A DNA stretch of 63,886 nt, counting the filler, from Coriobacteriales bacterium (lineage in GTDB: Bacteria > Actinomycetota > Coriobacteriia > Coriobacteriales > UBA8131): the NCBI GenBank assembly GCA_031263105.1. It is 6 parts of 6 records of this genome, joined end to end, with 100 filler letters (N's around TTAATTAATTAA, not from the genome) between each part and the next. Parts side by side here need not be neighbours in the genome. Positions count along the whole stretch, not along the records: positions 1 to 10,033 come from JAISGJ010000062.1; positions 10,134 to 19,864 come from JAISGJ010000083.1; 4 more parts are not named here. One strand, 5' to 3'. The translations under genes and the position numbers were made by a program. The notes below the pieces were generated by a model, which was not told the origin of the DNA, searched no databases, and saw only the letters and a program-made list of their open reading frames with translations. Below, piece after piece: positions 9,376 through 18,602 of this stretch. The first letter of the stretch is position 1. Each line of letters opens with the position of its first letter.

Positions 9376-9914
9376 TTATAAAAATTGTTTTAGAACAATC
9401 TGTATGTAGTTAAACATTGGAATGTTTATAAGAAATTCAAACACTACTCACTACTGGGACCGTTGAGCCTGCACTGGAGATGCGAAGCCTTTCAATTTTG
9501 ATGTGATGGTTGCTGTGAGCATTGGAAAGACTGATGACCCGAGGTTTTCATGTCATCCGTCACGTTCTGTAGGCTGTTTCTTTTCATCGGTGAGAAGTAA
9601 AATCCGCTTGCTCAACAAACTATTATGTCATAGCCTTTACAGGTAATCTTATGGAAAAGGGGTCCTATGCGTTTTGTTTATTTCCCCACCATCATATGAA
9701 TACAGAAAGTGTATTACAAGCGGAATCTAGTAACTTTCTAATGAAGACGGTAGTCAGTAAGTGAAGATTGTGCATAGAATGATACAAAAGAGTTGCATTT
9801 GTTTCTTTGCAATCGCAAATCTCCCGAACGAAGCAATATTTGAGAAATCTGCGAAGTAGTTTTGGACGCCAAAAGTTACCAACGATACGTCGTTAGAAGG
9901 AACATATATATATT

Positions 9915-10033
9915 AAAAAAAAAAAAAAAAAACTCCATGGTCTGAGTCCGTGAGCGAACTATACCGACCGAGCGACCGCCGCTTCTCGGCGAAGTGTTGC
10001 CAACTTGTGCGGATAGAAGGTGCCACGTGGTCA
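9915..10033 (+). repeat. Second termite-like interspersed repeat (truncated by contig end)
   Basis: Poly-A followed by CTCCATGGTCTGAGTCCGTGAGCGAACTATACCGACCGAGCGACCGCCGCT, recalled as a termite repeat. Confidence 0.6.
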
Positions 10034-10133
10034 NNNNNNNNNNNNNNNNNNNNNNNNNNNNNNNNNNNNNNNNNNNNTTAATTAATTAANNNNNNNNNNN
10101 NNNNNNNNNNNNNNNNNNNNNNNNNNNNNNNNN
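10034..10133. other. Artificial contig linker (also 19865-19964, 29394-29493, 48450-48549, 59780-59879)
   Basis: 100 nt of N flanking TTAATTAATTAA, identical at five positions. Confidence 0.98.
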
Positions 10134-10222
10134 TTGAGCTCCCACGGTTCTTTCTCTTGAAGGTAGGTAAGCAGATCGACCTCGCGTGCCTGGGCGACCT
10201 GCTCTGCGCTCACGCCCGGCAC
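10134..10222 (-). CDS. N-terminus of a DUF3991/Toprim-type ICE/IME protein (partial)
   Basis: Hand translation MPGVSAEQVAQAREVDLLTYLQEKEPWEL, overlapping the upstream ORF end; resembles Firmicutes ICE Toprim protein N-termini. Confidence 0.6.
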
Positions 10223-10416
10223 GACTGTTCCCTGTCATGGAGGGCGGTTGTCGTCTCGCGCCTGAGCGCTTCATCCCGCTCCTTTTGACAGCAACAGATG
10301 TCAAGCAGACAGCCGCACCGCCGTCCCTGCCAGTAAAGGCAGAGATCGCACCTGCAGTCAGCAACGCTGTAGTAGAGAAAGCGGTTGTATATCCTCGTGG
10401 TGCTCCTGCTCTTCAT
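10210..10416 (-). CDS. Small Cys-rich hypothetical protein (68 aa), mobile-element associated
   Basis: AAGGAGG RBS before ATG 10416; DCRCDLCLYW...CGCLLDICCC. Confidence 0.6.
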   Translation of the reverse strand: MKSRSTTRIYNRFLYYSVADCRCDLCLYWQGRRCGCLLDICCCQKERDEALRRETTTALHDREQSCRA

Positions 10417-10440
10417 GATGTCCCTCCTTCGATTGCAGGT

Positions 10441-10490
10441 AAGAAAAAAGACCGGTTCCGTCATCCTGAATTCGATGACGGAACCGGTCT
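10441..10490 (-). terminator. Perfect 17-bp hairpin followed by a T tract
   Basis: AGACCGGTTCCGTCATC (10449-10465) / GATGACGGAACCGGTCT (10474-10490); TTTTTTCTT follows on the minus strand. Confidence 0.7.
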
Positions 10491-10638
10491 CGTGGTGTAT
10501 TATGGTTTTCAGTGAGCAGGCAACAAAAAGCCGCGAGTACGCTTGTTTGCGCAGGTCGCGGCTAATGTTGTTGGCGGCTCATTTTTAGCTTTTCAAATTT
10601 CTAGACCCTGTGTGCCCTTGTAGCGAATGGCAGCCAAA

Positions 10639-10676
10639 GATTCCTCGACTTCGCTACGCTACGCTCGGAATGACAG
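10639..10676. repeat. Half copy of a TGTCAT-type REP element
   Basis: GATTCCTCGACTTCGCTACGCTACGCTCGGAATGACAG. Confidence 0.55.
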
Positions 10677-10707
10677 TAGGGTGTGAATGGTAGCCCCTAT
10701 CGTCTTC

Positions 10708-11514
10708 CTACATCGTGGGGTGAAGGCTGTAGGAGGGGGAGGCGTCCGGGGCGGGGGCGGGGTTGGGGTGAACGCTCACGTGGAAGGCCTCCTCGATGGC
10801 GCGGCTTGCGAGGACCTCGGGCACGGTGCCCTCTTGGAGCAGGCGGCCATGCGTCATGACGGCAAGGCGGTCCGAGTAGCGCAGGGCCAGGTCGAGGTCG
10901 TGGATTATCACGACGACGGTCTTGCCGTCGTTGCGGTTGAGCTGTCGCAGGAGCAGCATCGTCTCGTGGCAGGCATGCACGTCGAGGAAGGTCGTGGGCT
11001 CGTCGAGCACGATGATGCGCGTGTCCTGTGCGAGCGTCATGGCGATGAAGGCGCGTTGCCGCTCGCCGCCGGAGAGCCGTCGCACGTCCACATCCCTGAA
11101 GCGCTCCACGCCGCAGCGCCGCATCGCCTCGTCGACAAGGGCGCGGTCATGTGCGTCCAGCGGGCCCTGATGGCCGTGAGAGGGGAAGCGTCCGCAGGCG
11201 ACAAGGCCCTCGACGCTCATGGCGGGCTGGTTGCCGCCCTGTGTGAGGTAGGCGAGATGCCGCGCACGCTCGCGCGGCTTGAAGCTCAGGGTTGGGCGGC
11301 CCTCGATGAGCACTTCGCCGGACTGCGGGCGTTCCAAGCCGACGGCGAGGCGCGTGAGGGTCGATTTGCCGCAGCCGTTGGGGCCGATGATGCCGGTGAC
11401 AAGGCCCTCGTGCACTGCGAGCCCGAAATCCCTGATGAAGGGCTCGCGCCGGTAACTGAAGGTCAGATTCGCGAAGCGCAGCGCAGCGGTTCCGGACGTG
11501 GTGTCAGTGGCCAT
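10708..11514 (-). CDS. Fe-chelate/cobalamin/heme ABC transporter ATP-binding protein
   Basis: GPNGCGKST, LSGGERQR, IIVLDEPT, IIHDL; ATG 11514 coupled to the permease. Confidence 0.92.
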   Translation of the reverse strand: MATDTTSGTAALRFANLTFSYRREPFIRDFGLAVHEGLVTGIIGPNGCGKSTLTRLAVGLERPQSGEVLIEGRPTLSFKPRERARHLAYLTQGGNQPAMSVEGLVACGRFPSHGHQGPLDAHDRALVDEAMRRCGVERFRDVDVRRLSGGERQRAFIAMTLAQDTRIIVLDEPTTFLDVHACHETMLLLRQLNRNDGKTVVVIIHDLDLALRYSDRLAVMTHGRLLQEGTVPEVLASRAIEEAFHVSVHPNPAPAPDASPSYSLHPTM

Positions 11515-12532
11515 CGGCGTAGCCTCGGTTACGGATGATGAGGTAGATGAAGAAGGGGCCGCCCAAAAAGGCCATCGTGAGGCCCACGGGCAGCTCGTAG
11601 GGGGAGAACAGCACGCGTGCCGCAAGGTCGCACAGCACGACGAACGCGCCGCCGACCAGTGCGCTCGCGGGAACCACCAGGCGGTTGTCGTGTCCTGCAA
11701 GGAAGCGCACGAGGTGCGGAACCACCAGTCCCACAAAGCCGAGCAGCCCCGCAAAGCTCACGGCGGCACCCGCGAGCAGTGCCGCCAGTGCCAGATAGCA
11801 CAGCCGCGCCCGCTTGACGTTCATGCCCAATGCGTGTGCCCGCGCGTCTCCCAGCGACATGATGTTGAGGCGTCCTGAGCACACGGCCGAGACGGCCAGC
11901 CCCACAATGATGAGCCCGGCGGGCCAGAGCAGGCTGCGTGTTCCCACGCCCGCCAGCCCGCCCACGAGAAAGCCGGCGGCGTTCACGTAGGCATCGGGCT
12001 CGATGATGAGCACCGCGTTCATCCCCGCACCGAAGACCGTGCTGATGGCGATGCCCGCCAGCACCACCGTGAGTCGTGATATCTGCGTGCCAAAGGAGAT
12101 GGCAAAGATGAGCAGTGCGCTTATCAGCGCTCCGCAGAAGGCGGCAAGCGGCGGCAGGAAGAGCATGTGCGGGAACAGCGCGCCTGCGAGCAGCACGGCA
12201 AGCCCCGCCCCCGAGTTGATGCCGATGATGTTGGGGCTGGCCATGGGGTTGTCGAGCACCGCCTGGATGATGGCCCCGGCCACCGCCAGCGCGCTCCCGG
12301 CGAGCAGGGCGGCCGCCACGCGGGGAAAGCGCACGTTGAGCAGGATGCTCTGTGCGGAAGCGCTGAGGGGCCCGCCGGTCGCCAGCGCCCAAAGGTCTCC
12401 CAGGCCCACTGCGCTCGAGCCTGCGAGGCAGCCCGTCACAGTGGCAAGCAGCACCAGCAGTGCGGCGCCGACGATGAGCGCGGTGCCGTGCTGCGCGAAG
12501 GGCGGCTGGGGGTGGCGACGTGTCCTGGTCAT
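11504..12532 (-). CDS. FecCD/BtuC-family ABC permease
   Basis: RFPR, NPMASPNIIG, GFVGLVVPH, ELPVG motifs. Confidence 0.92.
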   Translation of the reverse strand: MTRTRRHPQPPFAQHGTALIVGAALLVLLATVTGCLAGSSAVGLGDLWALATGGPLSASAQSILLNVRFPRVAAALLAGSALAVAGAIIQAVLDNPMASPNIIGINSGAGLAVLLAGALFPHMLFLPPLAAFCGALISALLIFAISFGTQISRLTVVLAGIAISTVFGAGMNAVLIIEPDAYVNAAGFLVGGLAGVGTRSLLWPAGLIIVGLAVSAVCSGRLNIMSLGDARAHALGMNVKRARLCYLALAALLAGAAVSFAGLLGFVGLVVPHLVRFLAGHDNRLVVPASALVGGAFVVLCDLAARVLFSPYELPVGLTMAFLGGPFFIYLIIRNRGYADGH

Positions 12533-12653
12533 GGAAGCGGGAGGGTCTCGAACGGTTTGCGCCCGGGCTTATCCGCACAAAAGGGCGGGCAGGCGCAGGC
12601 TATGGGATGTGCGCGGGCCATGCTGTGCACGCAGGCCATGCGATGTGCGCGGC

Positions 12654-13742
12654 TCATGAGTAGAGGGCATCATAGAGCACCTGGTAGGCCTCGGACCAGC
12701 GGTCGTTGGGCTTGTAGAGGAAGAGGCTGGGGTCGAGGGTGAGGTAGCGGTTGTTCTTCACCGCGTCGAGGCCGGCCCACGCAGGATTTGCTTCTGTGGC
12801 GGCGTTGAGGTTCTCGAGCGCCGCCTGCTCGTCGTTGCCCATGGGGATCACGAATATGTACTGCGGGTCGCGCTCGATGATGGCTTCGAGGCTGAAGTCC
12901 TTGAGCAGGGAGGGGTTGGAGCTGGCGAGGTTGTCCGCTCCCAGCTCGGCCAGCATCGCGCCGGTCATCGTGCTGGAGTCCTGCACGCGCGTGCCGCCCG
13001 AGTAGGTGGCCATGAGCAGCACGGTGGGAGCGGGGGCTGCGGCCGCAGCGGGGGCGGCTTTCTCGATGATGCGGTCGATGACGATCTGCTGATTGGTGCC
13101 GTAGGCATCGTAACGCTCGCGCAGGCCGGTGATCTGGGTGCAGATGTCGAGCATGGCGAGGTAGTCTTCGAACACGGTCACCTCGAAGTAGGCGGCGGTG
13201 ATGCCGGATGCCTCGAGTCCCTCCTTGAGCTCCGTCTGGCTGGCGGTTCCGGCGCGTCCCGTGCTGGCGGCGGTGAGGATCACGAAGTCCGGCTCAAGGG
13301 CGATGATGCTCTCAAGGTTGGGAGAGGAGAAGTCGCCGATGTCGATGGCGGGGGAGTTGAGGGAGTAGTCGAGCAGCGCGTCGTTCGTGACGCCCACGAG
13401 CTGCCCTCCGGAGAGCTCCCAGATGGCTGCGAGGCTGCCCATGCAGGCGACGACGCGCTGAGGATTGTCCACGGTCACCTGTGTGCCGAGCGCGTCGGTG
13501 AAGGTGACGGGGGCGGGGGTGGAGGACGAGGGCGTGCCTTGGCTGTTTTCGTCCTCGCTGCCCTCGCTGCCTCCGTTGGGTTGGGCGGGGTTCGAGGCGG
13601 AGGAGTCGCCGCTGGTATCCGTAGGGCCTGCCGTCGTGCACGCGGCGAGCGGCAGAGCCAGGGCGAGGGCCAAGGCTGTGGCAAGGACATGCGGCAGGAT
13701 GTGCCGCGAGGGGTGCGGTCGGACAGGTGTCTTTTGGTTCAT
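12654..13742 (-). CDS. ABC substrate-binding lipoprotein (Fe-chelate/B12 type)
   Basis: Lipobox LAAC; FTDALG...PQRVV, PNLESIIALEPD, LDAVKNNR. Confidence 0.9.
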   Translation of the reverse strand: MNQKTPVRPHPSRHILPHVLATALALALALPLAACTTAGPTDTSGDSSASNPAQPNGGSEGSEDENSQGTPSSSTPAPVTFTDALGTQVTVDNPQRVVACMGSLAAIWELSGGQLVGVTNDALLDYSLNSPAIDIGDFSSPNLESIIALEPDFVILTAASTGRAGTASQTELKEGLEASGITAAYFEVTVFEDYLAMLDICTQITGLRERYDAYGTNQQIVIDRIIEKAAPAAAAAPAPTVLLMATYSGGTRVQDSSTMTGAMLAELGADNLASSNPSLLKDFSLEAIIERDPQYIFVIPMGNDEQAALENLNAATEANPAWAGLDAVKNNRYLTLDPSLFLYKPNDRWSEAYQVLYDALYS

Positions 13743-13868
13743 TCTGGTCTCTCCGTTCGTTCTGTTCTCTCTGATGGTGCTGGTTCTGTTGCTGGCCCTT
13801 CTCCTGCCGCCCCTGCCGTCCTGTTGCCGCCCTGCCGCCCCTGCCGCCCTGTTGCCGCCCTGCCGTCC

Positions 13869-14870
13869 CTACCGCTGATGCAGCATCTGCTGGCCGTGCA
13901 GGCAGTAGTCGTCCTGCGCCAGGTAGTCGCCGTCATGACAGTGAGCGGCACGGGCCCGGCAACCGCCGCAGGTATCGTTGAATTCGCACACGCCGCAGGA
14001 GCCGCCGTAGGCCTGGCCGCGCAGACGCTCGAACAGGGGGCTCGTGTGCCATATCTCGTCAAAGGGCGTCGTGCGCACGTCGCCCGCCTCCTCGGTCATG
14101 TAGGCGCAGGGGCGCACGATGCCCTGCGAGCCGATCACGCAGTAGGTGAGGCCCGCGAGGCAGCCTCGGGCGAAGCGCGTCTCGATGCCCAGCTGCCGCG
14201 CGATGCGCGTGAACTGCGGGGCGCAGGTGGGCTTGACGTCGATGGAGACCTCGGCCTGCGTGCGCATGATGTCCTGCAGCAGCGCCTCGTTCTCGCGCAC
14301 GGCCAGCGAGGTGCCCTCGATGGCAAGGCCGCGTCCCACGGGGATGAGGAAGAATATGTAGTGCGCGATGGCGCCGATCTGCTCGGCGTAGCCGGTGATG
14401 TCGCATATCTCGTCGCGGTTCCAGTCGACCACCGTGGTGTGCAGTTGGAAGGGCAGCCCCGCCTGCTTGCAGTTCTCGATGCCGGCGAGTGTGAGCGCGT
14501 GCGCGTTCTCCAGCTTGCGGAAGCGGTCGTGCTTGGCGGCATCGAGGCTGTCGACGCTTATCCCCATCGCTGCGGCGCCGCATTCCTTGAGGCGTGCGGC
14601 GACTTCTGCGGTGATGAGCGTCCCGTTGCTGCCGAAGACCGGGCGCAGCCCGCGCGAGGCGGCATGAGCGACGAGCTCGAAGATGTCGGGGCGCAGCAGG
14701 GGCTCGCCGCCGCTGAATATCATGATCTTGAACCCTGCGCGCGCGATCTGGTCGATCATCACGCGCGCCTCCCCGGTGCCGAGCTCGCGCTCCTCGGCCA
14801 CGCTGGCGTCCTGGTAGCAGTGCTCGCAGGCGAGGTTACAGCTGTTGGTGGTCATCCATGAGACTATCAT
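13869..14870 (-). CDS. Radical SAM/SPASM heme biosynthesis protein, AhbD/NirJ2-like
   Basis: MIVSWMTTNSCNLACEHCY, SGGEPLLRPD, KPTCAPQF, RGCLAG, CGVC...CGGCRARA. Confidence 0.85.
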   Translation of the reverse strand: MIVSWMTTNSCNLACEHCYQDASVAEERELGTGEARVMIDQIARAGFKIMIFSGGEPLLRPDIFELVAHAASRGLRPVFGSNGTLITAEVAARLKECGAAAMGISVDSLDAAKHDRFRKLENAHALTLAGIENCKQAGLPFQLHTTVVDWNRDEICDITGYAEQIGAIAHYIFFLIPVGRGLAIEGTSLAVRENEALLQDIMRTQAEVSIDVKPTCAPQFTRIARQLGIETRFARGCLAGLTYCVIGSQGIVRPCAYMTEEAGDVRTTPFDEIWHTSPLFERLRGQAYGGSCGVCEFNDTCGGCRARAAHCHDGDYLAQDDYCLHGQQMLHQR

Positions 14871-15065
14871 AGGTGTTCTGGCCTTATCTTTGTATCGTGC
14901 GGGGCCTGGATAAGCGTGGTGGAGTGAATTGGACTCTCCCCTTCTTGCTCAAGACAAGCCCCAAATGACGTAGAATATATTAGAGTACCACAGTCTCAAT
15001 TATAAAGCCCGAAGCCGTCCGTGAACTGTTGCTTGACGTGCCGCTGCGGCTACTGTTCACCTCCA

Positions 15066-15141
15066 TTGCCACCCCGGGTCCCCACTGTCGTCCCGAGCCT
15101 GCCGAGGGATCTTCGACCGCGCAAGCGGTCGACTGCGGTCG
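15066..15141. repeat. Truncated family A element abutting the IS
   Basis: CACTGTCGTCCCGAGCCTGCCGAGGGATCTTCGACCGCGCAAGCGGTCGACTG is the reverse complement of the right arm of 5892-6122. Confidence 0.8.
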
Positions 15142-15188
15142 GCTGTCCTTACAGACTCAAAAGAAGAAATATATGACCAATCCAGCAG

Positions 15189-16186
15189 TCACGCATCGTG
15201 CGGTAGAGAAATACCCCTTGAACAGCGATAAGTTGCATCGACCAGCATCAAATGGCGCACCACTCTTTCCACTTTGGGCCATTTCCTCTTATCGCGGGTC
15301 ACCCGAAACAGGTAGACGTACCAGTTCAGGTACGATTGCAGGCTATCGACCTTCATGCCCGGGAAGCGCCAAAGATACCTTTTAAGCCACGAGCAGAAGT
15401 TGTTTGTCATCTCCATCCCCTCGAGGTAGGCCGGGTCCTTCGTATCCGCTCGATACGGCTCGTCAATTCCTGAAACCGCCTTCACCAAGGACTTATGTGA
15501 CTTCTCTAAGTCATGGACGATGGTCGAGCCTTTGGCGATGCGGTCTCGGAGTGCGTCTTTTATGCGTTTGGAGGTCGGCTTCCCATGACCGCAGACGACG
15601 GCAACCGGGTTTTGCGGGTATCGATGCCAACGGCGATGCATATCTTGTTCCTGGGCAACCCCCTCCTGGGACGCCAGTCAGAATCTCCCAGCAGCGAGGT
15701 GTCGGTGACATACGTCTCGTCAATCCATACACGATCGCGCAGCACGATGCGATCCTGGTAGCCGTCAATCGTCGCCATCACCCTGTGGCGCCACCCAAAC
15801 GCCGTGTGGTGCGATATGCCGCACATATCCGCCGCCGTGTCCACCTGTACGTTATGGCACATCATGGTGATGAAATCCACCCAGGTCGACAACTCCTTTT
15901 TGCTGTACTCAAAGACCGTGCCGGTCAGTGAGCTGTACCTGCTGTTGCATGCCTTGCAGAAATATCTCTGGTGGCCAGATGGCGTGCTCCCATCCCTGCG
16001 GTAGTTATCAGATGCGCAGCAAGGGCAGATGCGGTTGGGCCTATAGGCGGCGATTGCTTCCTCGTATGTGCTGAAGCCGACCTTGCCCTTGCATCCCCTT
16101 GCGGCGACCGCGCTTCTCAATAGCTTGAAGTCGTCATAAGGCAGGGCATCGACATATCCCGATTGCGGGTTCAAGTGCCTGTCCAT
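15189..16186 (-). pseudogene. IS1595-family (ISXO2-like) transposase, frameshifted
   Basis: Zn ribbon CPCC...YFCKAC, HTH, VWIDETYV, IVHD, NNFCSWLKRYL; the frame changes at the A4 run (plus strand TTTT 15610-15613). Element ends are only approximately definable (about 15150-16285). Confidence 0.85.
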
Positions 16187-16384
16187 GGCAGACTCCCATC
16201 TGCCCAGGCACCCATCCAACCGGGATGTCGCCAAACAAAGGATCAGATGGGCACCTGGGCACATCTTTGTTTGGCTCTTGAGTCATAGCATCTAAGATCG
16301 TCTGGGGTCACCTACATGCAACCGCACGATGCGTGACTGCTGGATAAGGAAAAAGGTATTGAATACCTGCAAGAATCAAAACAG

Positions 16385-16684
16385 ATGATTATGAAAGAGC
16401 AATCAAAAGTCGTTACGCCCACCCAACAGGTTCAGGAGCAAGCGCAAGGACTCTATGTGGAATCCGAACGAAAGAGCAAGGTGTTTACTGGTCTACTCGG
16501 TATCTTTCTCGGAGGGCTCGGCGTGCATCGTTTCTATCTCGGATATAAAATGATTGGGATTATTCAGATCGCTGTAAGTTTTGTAACGTTGGGATATGGA
16601 GCACTATGGGGGATTATAGAGGGGATACTCATTTTGGCGGGTGTGGCCATAAAGACTGATGCGAAAGGCATGCCCTTGAAGTGA
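16385..16684 (+). CDS. TM2-domain membrane protein
   Basis: KSKVFTGLLGIFLGGLGVHRFYLG; lower GC than core genes. Confidence 0.88.
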   Translation: MIMKEQSKVVTPTQQVQEQAQGLYVESERKSKVFTGLLGIFLGGLGVHRFYLGYKMIGIIQIAVSFVTLGYGALWGIIEGILILAGVAIKTDAKGMPLK

Positions 16685-16774
16685 TAGCATAAGTTCGGCA
16701 ATCTGGAGGTACGAGCCGCCGCCCATGTATAGTAGAATGTGAGACGAAGGAGCTACTCTTCTTAGGAGTCCGGT

Positions 16775-16999
16775 TTGCTCGAACGTGAGACATACGACAA
16801 GGGACTTTTCCTCGGCTTGCTGCTAAAGGATGTACGGCAGCGCTATGACCTGTCCTATGAGGAGCTGCCGCTGGTCGTGAGGCGCGAGCGCTTGCTCGAC
16901 ATCGTCATGCAGCATTACGGCACCCTTCATTACTATGGCAATGAGGGCGTCATGGACATCTTGGAGGACGATCTCAGTGTCTGCTTCGATAGACCTTGA
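16775..16999 (+). CDS. DUF3791-like small protein
   Basis: AGGAG RBS; LLDIVMQHYGTLHYYG pattern; overlaps the DUF3990 gene. Confidence 0.65.
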   Translation: MLERETYDKGLFLGLLLKDVRQRYDLSYEELPLVVRRERLLDIVMQHYGTLHYYGNEGVMDILEDDLSVCFDRP

Positions 17000-17549
17000 C
17001 GGGCCTCTGTACCACGGTTCCTACACGGAAATCAAGGTTCCGGATCTCTCGTTCGCGCGCAGGGCAACCGATTTCGGACAGGGGTTCTACCTGACCGACG
17101 ACAGGGCGCAGGCCGACGAGATAGCGCTTGACCGAGGCGACCTGAAGGGCCTGGCCTACGGTGTCAGCAACCAGTACGCGTATTCCGGGAAAAACGCAGT
17201 CCTGTGCTTCGACTTCGGAGAAGCTGACGTGCAGTGGTTGGAGTTCGTGCTTTTCAACAGGGATGCCCGTTCCAGGGAATACGTCAACCAAACGAGATGC
17301 CAGGAGCTGCTCGCAACCTACGATATCATCATCGGTCCCGTCGCCGACGACGATCTCTCGCCTACCATCAATGAACTGATAATCGCGCTTCAAAACCTGC
17401 CTGCCGACAATCCCGAGAGGGTGGCGCGGATAAAGTCGGACACCATCTCGGATCTAAGACCGTACCGCTACAAGTACCAGGCATGCTTCAGGACGCCTGA
17501 AGCCTTGGGCAACCTCGTCCTTGCGAGGAGCCGAAATGTTGTCAGATGA
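16977..17549 (+). CDS. DUF3990-domain protein (putative ADP-ribosyltransferase-like toxin)
   Basis: LYHGS...DFGQGFYLT...WLEFV..NR...YDIIIGPVADD...Q.CF; GTG 16977 with GGAGG RBS. Confidence 0.85.
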   Translation: MSASIDLDGPLYHGSYTEIKVPDLSFARRATDFGQGFYLTDDRAQADEIALDRGDLKGLAYGVSNQYAYSGKNAVLCFDFGEADVQWLEFVLFNRDARSREYVNQTRCQELLATYDIIIGPVADDDLSPTINELIIALQNLPADNPERVARIKSDTISDLRPYRYKYQACFRTPEALGNLVLARSRNVVR

Positions 17550-17751
17550 CAGGATGGACAACTATATCGCCAGGCTGTCGGCTTATCTCGCAAGCAGGCT
17601 TTCGCAGGAACTGGGGACAGGTGTCGCCGAGAGCATGGGCATGGTCGTCGGCTCCGACCTGTACAGGATGCTGACCGACCGCAGGCACCACCATTATCGG
17701 ATGAGTCTGGAGGAAACCTACGAGCGCCTAAGAGGCGAGGTTGCTCCGTGA
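17536..17751 (+). CDS. Small protein of the type that accompanies DUF3990 genes
   Basis: AGGAG RBS, overlap with DUF3990 end, SDLYRMLTD motif. Confidence 0.6.
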   Translation: MLSDDRMDNYIARLSAYLASRLSQELGTGVAESMGMVVGSDLYRMLTDRRHHHYRMSLEETYERLRGEVAP

Positions 17752-17766
17752 GCTCTAAGGAGCCGC

Positions 17767-18250
17767 TTGCGCAATGCCTTCAAGGGCGGGGTCAGCACCT
17801 TCAGCGCTGTGGTCTACTTCGTCCGTAAGGCGCACAGCATGGAGATACTCTGGGGCACCAGTTCGCCCATTCAGGTGCGCGACCCGATTATGCACATCAT
17901 GACCAGCGCGCGGTCCCGTGGTTCGTACAAGGTGCAGATCGATAACGGCGCGAAGTTTTTGGCGAAGCTGTTGGGCAACAACATCTCGTTTGCGTTGCAG
18001 GACGAGCTCAACCGTTACTTCGACAACGAGTTCCAGCAACACGTGAAATCGAGCCTTGCCAAGGCGATTATGGACTCCGGTCAGGAAATCCTTGGGATTG
18101 TGGCACAGCAGGATGAACTTGCGTATCGCATCCAGCCGATCCTTCAGGAGATTCTTGACGACTACGGGCTCAAGCTCGTGGTGTTCGCGATATCGGGAAT
18201 CGACATTCCGGAGGATGCCCCCAATCGTCAGCGGCTCGAGGATGCCTTTC
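17767..18250 (+). pseudogene. Internal fragment of an SPFH/'virion core protein'-like gene
   Basis: FSAVVYFV...WGTSSPIQVRDP...RGSYKVQI; no RBS or N-terminus; degenerates after about 18250. Confidence 0.65.
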
Positions 18251-18425
18251 ATTGCGGTGCCTTGCTACCATTGGGGGCGTATCGTTTTTACGGACATCCC
18301 CACTGACCGCCGTGCGCACCGGCACGTATTCTGACTTGCTCTGAAGTCAAGAGATTGGCAAGAACCAAAGCCAGAGAAAGGCCGACAGGGGGAACGATCC
18401 CTTGCAAACCCTGCCAATTGTGCGC

Positions 18426-18602
18426 CTATCGGCACCCGGGCTTGAGGTGCCGGTCGGCCTCCTTGGGCGTCAGTGCGCGGCCTTTCGCGGCGGCATCGGC
18501 AGCAAGAGTGCGAAAGTTATAGCGGCGCAGGTCGTTTACGCCGCCCGGTACCAAGCTTGGGTTAGGCAGTGTCCTAGAGGTACGTTTCGATGTCTTTGAC
18601 AT
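18426..18602 (-). CDS. 58-aa basic protein coupled to the GNAT gene (putative antitoxin)
   Basis: Not in the ORF track. AGGAGG RBS, MSKTSKRTSR...YNFRTLAADAAAKGRALTPKEADRHLKPGCR*. Confidence 0.55.
   Translation of the reverse strand: MSKTSKRTSRTLPNPSLVPGGVNDLRRYNFRTLAADAAAKGRALTPKEADRHLKPGCR

Larger units (their letters stand above)
8413..10033. other. Non-bacterial AT-rich DNA, probable termite host sequence (chimeric contig end)
   Basis: Abrupt drop in GC after poly-C tracts; no credible bacterial ORFs; poly-A run; two segments recalled as termite interspersed repeats. Confidence 0.75.

Noticed and set aside
9032..9409. 125-aa ORF in the AT-rich region
   Set aside because: Read-through of a eukaryote-like repeat, not a bacterial gene
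10034..10133. Functional linkage across the N linkers (for example ech next to dmsA2, or pyr next to the kinase cluster)
   Set aside because: The linkers are artificial, so adjacency between contigs carries no information
14871..15060. Possible cobalamin riboswitch upstream of the radical SAM/ABC operon
   Set aside because: I could not find the conserved B12-box elements; an Infernal/Rfam scan would settle it
15610..15613. Programmed ribosomal frameshift in the IS1595 transposase
   Set aside because: An A4 run is not a canonical slippery heptamer, and this family normally uses a single ORF; a 1-nt deletion is simpler
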